Assembly: GCA_010909165.1 (NCBI GenBank)
Contig: MU008178.1
Coordinates: 322,369 to 386,368, forward strand
Length of the DNA stretch: 64,000 nt
DNA from: Anthoceros angustus
Taxonomy: Eukaryota; Plantae; Anthocerotophyta
Reading direction: 5' to 3'
Shown: positions 42,708-52,314 of the stretch, one piece after another
How the letters are laid out: the number at the start of each line of letters is the position of its first letter
Position numbering within the stretch: position 1 is the first letter of the stretch
Translations under genes and position numbers: made by a program
The notes under the pieces: generated by a model
The model's database searches: none
What the model saw: only the letters and a program-made list of their open reading frames with translations
What the model was told of the DNA's origin: nothing

Positions 42708-43249
42708 TCCGATTGCAGTCGCTTGCAGGAGTTGGGGCAATTTCAGCGGATACCTCTTATGTTTCTAGCAGGCGAGTTCAACCGCTCTAGTATCTGCAGC
42801 AAGCCCACATGTTAGACCCTGCAGCAACCTGGATGAAGCTCAAAGCACACAACAAATCAGTTTGTAGCAGTAGCGTACCCTCTCCTATTTCACTTAATTT
42901 TGGACAGCAACACCTAGCATGCAGCTCTGGGCATGAGCCAAAGTCTGTGCCTGTTATGGGCAGACTCACGCGAGTCATATGGGACAGCATCTCCTCTCCA
43001 AGCTGCAGGCTACGTCGTTTTTTGCTCCTTTCTCCTTAGGAACTTCACACGCGCGCAGCAGCCATGTAATGTGGCGTTGCTCACCATCTCATGCCCGGCT
43101 TAAGTTCTTCGACAGTCCGTTTTTCCTTTTGAGCCGCAGGACTATGTATGGTCGAGAATTCACGTTCACGACAACCGCAGAAGACGCGCAGCCTTATCAA
43201 CAACCTTATCCATTTTTCAACCCGTAACCTATGATCCTCAGTTAGGTTT

Positions 43250-43270
43250 GAGAGGGGGTGTAGAAATAAG
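43250..43270 (+). other. Polypurine tract followed by putative 3' LTR start (TG at 43259)
   Basis: ttgagaggggg|tgtagaaataag lies downstream of copia RNase H. The LTR end was not identified. Confidence 0.5.
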
Positions 43271-44067
43271 TAATTATTTATTATCATCCCAAACTAATTA
43301 TCATACTAGGTTAGGGTTAGTGAAGCGTTATCAATTGTGAAACTCCCTACCGTCACGACTCTCCAGCACCACCTTTCTTGTACCACACACGTTTTTGCTC
43401 AATTTACTTCTCACACAACGCCATCTCTTTATGATTGCTTGATGCTTATACTTGCCATAACTGTTTAGACATGTTGACTTAGTTAGCTGACTAGCACTCA
43501 GACAAAGAAGAAGAGAGCTATGACCAGGTGCCAAGAGTTGTGAGGCACCGACGCACGTAGCTAGAGTATAGTGTACAGTTGAGGTGAGGCTAGACGAACT
43601 TAGGTGTATATTATTTGAAGGAATTCTAAATGTTCTGAAATGTATTCCTGCTCCTGCTATGAAGTTATCAAATTCCGTACGAGAACAAAGCTACTATGCT
43701 CTAGAATGGAGACATAAGAGATGGTAGGGTTGACAAAATCTGCTCTACATGTAGCATGCATTGTTCAACATTCATCGAACTATATACCATCGAACTATGA
43801 GATTCGATAATGATATCATATCTAGGATGTGTGTTACACGTGAGACCATCAAAGTTAATTTGAATGTGATAGGCCATTCCATCTCTCTCTATAATGAATT
43901 TCTCTATGAGGCATATAATTCTTTTGATGATAAAAAATAATTTTAAATCAATTAAAAAGCTCTTAAAGTCGGTTGCTTAAAGGAGTTACTAGCAAGTACC
44001 TAAAACTCACTCTAGCTAGAGAACAAGGGCGGCAAGAGCGGAGGACAGAAGCGGCAGGGCAGTGCGT

Positions 44068-44410
44068 GCGGTGGGGCGGTGCGTGGGCAGGGTGGTGCAT
44101 GCGGTGGGGCAGTGTGTGGCGGGCGTGTGGTGGGGGCGCGTGTGGTGGGGCAGTGCGTGTGGTGGGGCAGTTCGTGTGGTGGGGCGATGCGTGGGCAGGG
44201 TGGTGCATGCGGTGGGGCAATGCGTAGGCAAGGCGGTGCGTGCGGTGGGGCGGTGCGTAGGCAGGGTGGTGCATGCGGTGGGGTAGTGCGTAGGCAGGGC
44301 GGTGCGTGCGGTGGGGTAGTGCGTAGGCAGGGCGGTGCGTGCGGTGGGGCGGTGCGTGGGAAGGGTGGTGCATGTGGTGGGGCAATGCGTAAGCAGGGCG
44401 GTGTGTGCGG
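44068..44410 (+). repeat. G-rich 33-bp minisatellite (gcggtggggcggtgcgtaggcagggtggtgcat-like)
   Basis: Repeats visible directly; the 11-aa periodicity RQGGACGGAVR in ORF 44079..44510 confirms the 33-bp period. Confidence 0.9.
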
Positions 44411-44599
44411 AGCAACAGGAGGGAGGACAGGGTGGGGCATGGGGTGTGGCGGCGGTGCGGGGAGCGGCGGGTCCGGCAGAGCAGCGTTTCTGGCGCGGGG
44501 GGAGAGTTAGAAGTAGAGACCGTGGTTATGGTTAGCTAGCTTAACCCAGCGTGGTCATACCCTTTGGTATCTTGTACCGAAGAGGTACAACTCTTCAAG

Positions 44600-46650
44600 C
44601 AGGCTATAAAAGCCCGGCCTGGGTCCATGTCTGCGGGCTCTTGAGAGGTGTTCCGGTTTCTGCCAAGGGGTTTAGATTTTTGCCGACGAGAGACTTTTAG
44701 TTCTCGGCGTGGGCTTTAGCAATTTTTGCCTCTTTGTGTTTGGTAGGGGTTCTTGTGGCCTGGTGTAGCTTTGGGCAGTCGAGGCGGTTTTCCGGTTCGG
44801 GTGTTGGCTTTGGCGGCATTCCTGGGTGAGTGGGGGTTTTTCCATGTGGCAGGACAGGTGCATTTTTACGACATCATTGAACAAGCTTGGTTTTTCCAAA
44901 GTGGCGCGGTAAGTCCATATCGTGGGGTGCAGTAGTGCATTTTGGCAAATTTCAGGTTGTTCTCTTTTTGGCCATAGGGTCCCTTACTTCTGCTCTTAAG
45001 AAAGACACTCCTTGTCCCGTGTGCGGGAAATTATTTAAGTCTTGGGGAGTCAAGAGCCACATCGGTCTAGTTCACAAAGACTTCGATCGGACTACTTGGG
45101 AGGCTTAGTTGAGGCTTGCTTCTTCTTCGAATGTTATCCCCCCAGCTTTGGATATCCATCCTGGGCCCTCTCCAGAGTCTTAGCAATGGTTGCGGGGGTG
45201 GGCTGATCATCTTTTGGCCTTGTATGAAGCGCGGTTCCCAGGACCACTCCTTTTTTTACGCCTCCCGTGGCACCTATAGGACGACATCCGCCTTGCTTAT
45301 TGCCTTCCCTTGGAGCGCCTCGCGTTGGATCCCAGAGATGATGCTGCTTGGGCTTTGTTCTTGTTTCTCCCTCGATGGTGCCTCCGTTGCTCTCGAGCCA
45401 GTTTTCCTGAGCATTGGGAGGTTGCCTCTTGTCTTCGCCGATTCTTGGCGGGGGATTGGGAAGTTCTGCAGGAGGAGGCTGGACGCACAGCAAGATCTAG
45501 GTTGGACTCTGCTAAGGATGGCCTTGTATGATCATACAAGGCGATCATACAAGGCCATCCTGTATGATCGTACAAGGCGATCATACAAGGCCATCTTGTA
45601 TGATCGTACACGTCGTTCTTCAAGTTGACGTCAAGAATGCCTTCAACACTATCTCTAGGGCGGCTATCTTCGACGAGCTCAAGGATGCGCGAGGACTGCT
45701 GGCTGGCCTTATCCCCTTTGTCCGCTCCTTTTATGGGTCTCCTTCCAACCTCTACTACCAACATGGACCCTCGGTGCAGCAGGTTTCTATTTTGGAATTG
45801 GAGACGGGCACAAGACAGGGTGACCCTGTGGGGGGAGTGCTTTTTTCTCTAGCGCACTTCAAGGCCCTGTCTTTAACTGCCTCCTCAGTGTGAGAATGAC
45901 TGTACCTGTCAGTGGCTGAAAATACTCATGTCATGGTGCCTAGGGACAAGGTTAATGGGGCTTTTGGTTTCTTCTCCTCGGAGCTCTCTTGGCTTGGCTT
46001 GAAGGTCAAGATCTTAAAGTGCAGGGTTTGGTCTTCGTCGGGTGTTTCGCCCTCTCTTCAGTACCCAGAAGGGGACATTGCTTCTCTGCAAGGGCTTCGT
46101 GTTCTTGGCGTCCTATTGGGGCCCCCGGTTTTCATTCAAGAATTCGTGGATGTGGCTTTGACAAAGGATTTGGCACACATTTATGACCTTTCTTAGCTAG
46201 GGGAGCCGTAGGTGACATTTGGGATCCTCTCTTTGTACTTGGCGCGGCGGCTTGGGTACCTTCTCCGTATGGTACCTCCTTCTCTAGCTTTCTTCTTCCA
46301 TATGGGAGCTTTCGACAAAAGGATTATGTAGGCTTTGGGTGACATCATTAGCCCTAGCACCTTCAAGTATGCCGCCAGGGATTTGGCGAAGCAGCAGGCT
46401 TCCCTTCCTGTCGCTTTTGGGGGCACTAGTCTGTTGGCTACGGAGGTCTCTACGCCGACGGTCTTCTTAGGGAGATGGGCCCTCTCTACCCCCATCCTGA
46501 CCTCTCGATTCTTAATTTGGGACTCCCACATTTTAGAGGCATTCATCTCGGGCGTGGAGGAGGGGGTTTTCCTCTCATAGGCATCCTTAAGGTTGGCTAG
46601 GGGACTTTTATCGCCTGAGACTGGGGTCACCTTGCCACATTTCTTCTCAC
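44600..46650 (+). mobile_element. Degenerate non-LTR retrotransposon (CRE/RLE-like), with C2H2 finger and RT, 3' end missing
   Basis: CPVCGKLFKSWGVKSHIGLVH (45013-45075); AWALFLFLPRWCLR; LQVDVKNAFNTISR; GTRQGDP; GLRVLGVLLG; QASLPVAFGG. No apurinic endonuclease domain seen. Confidence 0.75.
45521..45612. repeat. 36-bp tandem repeat (2.5 copies) starting with perfect 22-bp palindrome GCCTTGTATGATCATACAAGGC
   Basis: tgtatgatc starts at 45525, 45561 and 45597. Bases 45521-45542 equal their own reverse complement. Confidence 0.92.
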
Positions 46651-46694
46651 TCCCCGAGGTTGGGCTATGTGGGCTTCAAGTATGTGGGCGCCAT

Positions 46695-47125
46695 ATACAA
46701 CGGGTGTTTTAACTTGTTTTGCGCTGGGTTTGTGCAAACTAATCCGGCATTTGTGTTCAGTGGTGCTTTCCTCACTGATTATGAGGGGACAACTATAAAT
46801 GCTCAGATAAGCAAAGTAAGTATAACAATCTTTTATCAACAATTAGACAACAAAAATGGACTTATTGACTCTCCATACTCATTCTTAGTTTGGACAATGT
46901 GATCCAGGATTCAAACACGGCTGATTTATGGTTGTTTATTAATGGATAAGCAGTTGGTTATTGGCCGACATCAAAATTTGATGGCTTTCTTTCTCTTGAA
47001 CTATTTAATCACCTGGAATGGGGAGGCAACCTTGGTATGACAAGTAAATATTCGCAAGTCATGTTGGGAAATGGGAGACTAGGGACAGATGCTCATGGTC
47101 CAGCATAGGTTGATGACAGGTGTCA
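46695..47125 (+). pseudogene. Orphan neprosin-like fragment (last two exons, truncated)
   Basis: YNGCFNLFCAGFVQTNPAFVFSGAFLTDYEGTTINAQISK|gtaagt ... ccag|gattca (DSNTADLW) ... NHLEWGGNLG. Confidence 0.85.
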
Positions 47126-47129
47126 TGCT

Positions 47130-47671
47130 GTGTGATACTAATCTCTGCACTTGGGTTTAGTGTTTGATTAGCATTAATTAATCTAATTACTTATCTTTAA
47201 GCAAGTAATTAGTGTTAATTAATATAAGGTGCTTATGTTAATTAAGCATTGATTAGTGTTAATTAAACATGCATGTTTAATTAACACTAATCAATCTTGT
47301 GTAAAGCGTTGTACCCACCAGACGCTCAAACTTAGATGTTGTAATTCCTTTTGCAATTGGGATGTTGTAAATGGTTTTGTAAAATGGCACCACGTCATCA
47401 CATGGTGATGTGGCAATGAGGCCATGTCATCAATTATGCCACGTCATCACCGATGATGTGGCAATGAAGGCCATGTGGCAACAACATGCCATGTCATCAC
47501 TTGGTGATGTGGCGATGATGTGGCGCCACATCACCACTTTAATGACATGGCCGGCCATGTCGCAATTTTAGCGTGAAGCTCTCGGTTTACAACGTTGTTG
47601 CGCTGCTTTTACGCCAGCGTTGTAACACCCGTTGTAAAAACCGTTGTAAAAACCCTCATTTTCTTGTAGTG
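47130..47671 (+). mobile_element. 3' end of a CACTA (En/Spm) DNA transposon
   Basis: TIR ttttcttgtagtg at 47659-47671 (reverse complement of CACTACAAGAAAA). It is preceded by subterminal repeats (cgttgtaaaa; gccacgtcatca/gatgatgtggc). No matching 5' TIR was seen. Confidence 0.75.
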
Positions 47672-47679
47672 ATGGTTAG

Positions 47680-47815
47680 CAATAGCTAAGTGGATAAGCT
47701 CAAGTAATATGCTTTGGCATATTCCTTGCATATTATAGTGTATTCTTAGGATACAATAGCTAAGTGGATAAGCTCAAGTAATATGCTTGGGCATATTCCT
47801 TGCATATTATAGTGT
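47680..47815. repeat. Tandem duplication of ~74 bp
   Basis: caatagctaagtggataagctcaagtaatatgctt.ggcatattccttgcatattatagtgta occurs twice. Confidence 0.9.
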
Positions 47816-47829
47816 ACAAGCTATGATCT

Positions 47830-48230
47830 CGGCGTGTATGCTGGCGTGCTAGCGTCTTAGGCGTGCTAGCGATGCTAGCGTGCCAAGCGTGCTAGCGATG
47901 CTGGCGATGCTGGCGATGCTAGCGATGCCAGCGTGCTAAGCGTGCTGGCGATGCTAGGCGTGCTAGCGTGCTGCGAGGCGTGCTAGGCGTGCTGGCGTGC
48001 TGGCGATGCTGGCGTGCTAGGCGTGCTGGCGTGCTGGCGTGCTGGCGTGCATGCTGGCGTGCTAGGCGTGCCAGGCGGCGTGCTAGGCGTGCTGGCGTGC
48101 TGCGTGCTAGGCGTGCTGGCGATGCTGGCGTGCTAGGCGTGCTGGGGGCGTGCTGGCGATGCTGGCGTGCTAGGCGATGCTGGGCGACAGGCGTGCTAGG
48201 CGCTAGCGATGCTAGGCTATGCTGGCGATG
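47830..48230 (+). repeat. GGCGATGCTA/GGCGTGCTA minisatellite, left part
   Basis: 9-10 bp units read directly. Confidence 0.9.
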
Positions 48231-48411
48231 TGTGTAAAACAATTTGGACATCCGATAGCACAACATTTCCACATTCTCACACTTGTGCATGTGGTGACAC
48301 CACTAACTAACTACAAACATTTGCGAACGTGACATGTCATGATCAACACCAACTACGACCAATGCACATCCGAGAGCGATTAGAAAAGAAAACAATAATC
48401 CTAAATTCCCA
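48231..48411 (-). repeat. Partial LTR (U3-end fragment, equivalent to 48918-49103)
   Basis: ggacatc.gatagcacaacatttcc...gaaaagaaaacaataatcc..ctaaattccca matches the right part of the full LTR. Confidence 0.9.
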
Positions 48412-48417
48412 TCAAAA

Positions 48418-49103
48418 TGCCTCATTCAATCGGCGTCTATCACCGATCAACGCGGTGAGTTTGAGAGTTCACAGAGCGGACAGATATGCTGTGCCCAAAA
48501 CCAAGTGTCGACTCGGACATCCGTGATCGAAATTCCCAAGCAAGCTTTGGCATTCACTATAATTCTATGACGGGAGCTCGTCACTCCTCCGCTCAAGAGA
48601 CTCTCAAGACTATCCTAAGCCAAGCACGCTTGCCTCTTGTATCCGCGCCTAGTCGCTGCCGCCTCCGCCGCCTCCCGCCATGCATCGCCTTCCATCCTTT
48701 TCCATGATTGCGTTTCCCGGTCTTGTCACTCTCACCGCTCCCGCGAATCTCCTTGTTATGATCCAAAGAAATCAATGGTAATTCGTCACGACCTTCCCCG
48801 AAAACTAATGGCTAACAATACATGACATTTCTAGATGTCAAGATATTACCGATATCCTCTCTATGTACATGGACTTGCCTCAACCAATGATCCCGACACC
48901 GTGACTCGGCGCAATATCGTGCAAAACAGTGGACATCGGATAGCACAACATTTCCTGTTCTCACACTTGTGCATGTGGTGACACCACTAAGCGACTACAA
49001 ACATTTGCGACAGCGTGACATGTCATGATCAACGGCTCAACTACGACCAATGCACATCGGTGAGGCGATTAGAAAAGAAAACAATAATCCTGCTAAATTC
49101 CCA
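48418..49103 (-). repeat. Complete 3' LTR (~686 bp, TGGGAATT...GAGGCA in element orientation)
   Basis: TG/CA termini; immediately follows a G8 polypurine tract; central ~480 bp matches 56300-56770. Confidence 0.88.
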
Positions 49104-49113
49104 TCCCCCCCCA
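49104..49113 (-). other. Polypurine tract (GGGGGGGGA)
   Basis: The plus strand reads ca|tcccccccc directly beside the LTR terminus, about 40 bp after the stop of the PHD ORF. Confidence 0.85.
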
Positions 49114-49202
49114 GCTCGAAGCCAAGAGAAGGCCAACACGAGAATGCTGGTTCAACTAGAACCGCTAGGATCCCAAAGAGGTCTGGAGCTGGTCTCTCCA
49201 TC

Positions 49203-49337
49203 ACACTGAGCACAATACCACAATCCTTCAGGCACCTCTGTTAATGGCGGAACAAGGCAAAACAGATGAAAGCCTCCGTTACAACCATCACAAAGCAACA
49301 TGAGCTCAGGGTCATCCACCCGTTGACAAACTTGACA
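49203..49337 (-). CDS. PHD finger at integrase C-terminus
   Basis: CQVCQRVDDPELMLLCDGCNGGFHLFCLVPPLTEVPEGLWYCAQC is a complete C4HC3 pattern (ORF 49152..49484). Confidence 0.93.
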
Positions 49338-49499
49338 TGGATAATCACTAGGTGGCACCCAATTCATTTGAATCGTGGGATCCAGATTAGGTAGATGGCA
49401 AGGAGCACAATTGGTCATGTGGTCTTGTATAGTCCGCCATCTGCTCACGGAGCACCAACACAGCCTGGATCGAAGTTCCTTCACACGCAGAACAAGCGG

Positions 49500-50400
49500 T
49501 TAGTAGAAGGTTCTAATGTCGGCTTTGTCATGAAGATAAACATAATCGCCAACATGGAACTTCCTCATCTTAGGTCGGAAATGCCCACTCCTGGTGTAAG
49601 CATAACGTAAAGAGTCCCGATGTTGAGCAATTTTCAAATTCGCCATCGCCATAGGCATGGCTCTGCGAAACAACACTGCCCTGTCGCCAACAACCTTAGC
49701 CCAAGTGGCTGGATCATCCAGCTGGACCACCTGGTTCATTTCCTTGGCAATGGCAACCGGCGGAACCGGATCTCGTCCAAACAAGAGGAAATACGGTGAA
49801 AAGTGAGCTAGCGAAGCGTGTTTGCTCATACGGTACCCCATAGCCACATATGGCAAAGCCAAATCCCAGTCTGTCTTAGACATCTTGAGCAACAACTTAC
49901 GTAGCCCTTGTTTGATGGTCTGAACAAGTCGTTCAGCCAAACCGTCAGCTTGAGGATGGTCTCTGCTAGTGCGTCGGTGATCGATGAATGCGAAGTCTAA
50001 CAGATCTTGGAATTCTCCCCGGAATTCTGTGCCTTGATCCGTCAAACACTCTGCACAGCTACCAAAGCGACTGAGAACATGCTGCAAGAAGGCCTGAGAA
50101 GTGCTTCTGGATGACTTGTAGAGTGCCACAATTTCGGCCCACTTGGAAAAATGTTCCACCATCACCATCACATACGCGCGAGGCGTCTGGCAAATCTCCT
50201 ATAAGATCACAAGACCATCGTAAAACAAACCCATAATGGGTAATGGGCTGTGCTCACGGCTTGATGTTAAAAGAAGACTTCACCTTTGACCAGACCACCA
50301 CGCACTTGAGCATACATCCCAAACCAATGGAAATGAGGAGACAATAAACTATATGTTCGCTTGACCCCAAAGTGACCCATGTCGAATGAGCACGCATGAC
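49500..50400 (-). CDS. Integrase (zinc-binding + rve core)
   Basis: MGHFGVKRTYSLL..HFHW.GMY near 50320-50380; VEHFSKW, LTDQGTEF, HPQADGLAERLVQTIK in ORF 49500..50171. Confidence 0.93.
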
Positions 50401-50729
50401 CAAAGCTACTCGGTCATGTGCGAGCACCAGTGAGCCCGAGACAAGTGCGGATCAAATAGCCATCTTTCCAACGATCGAGCCTCAGATCCGATCTCGTTGA
50501 AGTCTGCAAGTGCAATCAGGAAACAATCCATTTGAAGAAACCGCACAGTATGATCATCTTCCCATATGTCGCGCATGTGCCCGAAATCAGCAGTCGGTTC
50601 TCCATGTCCCACACATAGATTCCGCAAACATGTTGCTGCTGTGTAAGAAACTTGACCCGTGATCTCGTCATGGTCCTGCCTAGCACACGTCTCATCCTCA
50701 TCACAGAGTCGGGGATGTCGAGAAAGCAC

Positions 50730-51065
50730 ATCCGCATTCTGGTGTGTGATGCCAGGGCGATGAACGACTTGGAATTCATAATCCTGCAATGTCATTGCCC
50801 ACCTTGCGACCTTGCCACTGAGCTTAGTATTCGTCATAAGCCAACGTAAAGGCTGATGGTCAGTCACCAAAGTAAATGGCCGACCATACAGATAAGGTCT
50901 GAAATGGCAAACAGCCCAGACCGCGGCCAAACACTCCCCTTCATATAGCTAGGATAATTGCTCTCAGCCCTGTTGTTGCTACGTGATGCATAAGCGATAA
51001 CACGCTCATGTCCTTCTTCGTCCAGTTGTGCAAGCACGGCTCCAATACCTAACTGACTCCAATCC
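50730..51065 (-). CDS. RNase H (Ty3/gypsy type)
   Basis: LHTDWSQLGIGAVLAQ; VIAYASRS; AAVWAVCHFRPYLYGRPFTLVTDHQPLRWL; HRPG..HQNADVLSR. Confidence 0.92.
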
Positions 51066-52117
51066 GTATGAAGCACAAATGGCTTCTCGAATCGGCGGGC
51101 CATCACCACATCACTGTTCTTCAACAATTCAAATGCTGTTGGCGTCCTCTCCAATCCCAAATCACGCTTGCAGCAGTTGTTAAGTGGCTTAGCAAGGCTG
51201 CTAAAATCTTGAATGTAAATCCGGTAGTAGTTGCACAATCCCAGATAGGAGCACAATTCCGACACACCAGACGGAACAGGTACCTCTAACACAGCTTGAA
51301 CCTTTGCAGTGTGTGGCATGATACCATTAGGCACAATCCTATGTCCCAAATAGGCGACAGTATCCATGCCCAGCTCACACTTAGCTGGATGACATTTGAG
51401 TCCTACCTTGCGGAGCCTGCAGAATAGATCCTCTAAATGCCTCAAATGAGCCTCAAAATCCTTGCTGTGCACAAGCACATCATCAATATAGCAAAGCGAG
51501 ATGGCTCGGACAATACCTTGTCCATGATACTATGTACAGTGCATTTCAAACCCAAACGGCATAAACAACCATTCCCATAGTAGCGATGAAATGCTGTCTT
51601 TTTATGTCTTCTTCAACCATTGGCACTGGTTGAATCCTTGCAGTCGAGAACAGAAGAATGCTCGTCCGATGCTATCAAATAGCTCCTCTGGTATGGGCAT
51701 CGGATAACGATCTTGAGCCGTCACAGCATTGATCGGTCGATAATCACCACACATGCGTTTCTCTGTCCATAAACCCTGACTGTCCTTCTTAGGAGGAAGA
51801 ACAATTGCAGCTGCATAGTCAGAAGTGGATGGTCGAATCAATCCTGCCTCATACAGTTCCTGACAGCGCTTATCGACTATTTCCCATTCTGCAGGACTGA
51901 GCCTGTAACGACGTCGGTAGATGGGCTCATTAGTTGTCAGCTGCACCCCGAACTTCATAACGTTGCAAGTACCAAGGTCCTTCATCGAAAACGCAAAACA
52001 ATCTTGATATGTTATCAGCAGCTGAAGCAATCGCCGTCGCTGATCATCTGTCAACTGTGGACCCATCTTCCACTGGAAATCAGCCACTTTTAGCCTCGAT
52101 TGCTTCCGATAACGCAA
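51066..52117 (-). CDS. Reverse transcriptase (Ty3/gypsy type)
   Basis: IRPSTSDYAA..V...KKD; KRMCGDYRPIN..T..DRYPMP; CYIDDVLVHS (~51479-51493); AYLGHRI; SYLGLCNYYR. Confidence 0.95.
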
Positions 52118-52314
52118 CGAGTCGCCAGATCATCATTGAAGCTGAAACGATGATCTCTAAAATGCATACTCCCCTTCCGGTGAAAAGGCGATTCGAAGCT
52201 CGAAAAGGCAGATGAACAGCATCTGGATGACACAAGCGCGATCGCCGACAAAGCCGCAAAACCAGGACCAAAGAAAAGTTGGAAAGCCAACAGAGTCTTG
52301 TGACGAGCTCACAA

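Noticed and set aside
43259-43760. Defined copia LTR with PBS near 43520-43545
   Set aside because: No second LTR copy or convincing terminal inverted repeat was found, so the end cannot be placed.
43963-44535. Pro/His-rich or Gly/Cys-rich ORFs
   Set aside because: Products of the 33-bp minisatellite.
47830-48230. CRISPR array
   Set aside because: Units are contiguous with no unique spacers, there are no cas genes, and the context is eukaryotic.
47919-48290. Ala/Arg-rich ORFs (also 56718-57538)
   Set aside because: Minisatellite translations.
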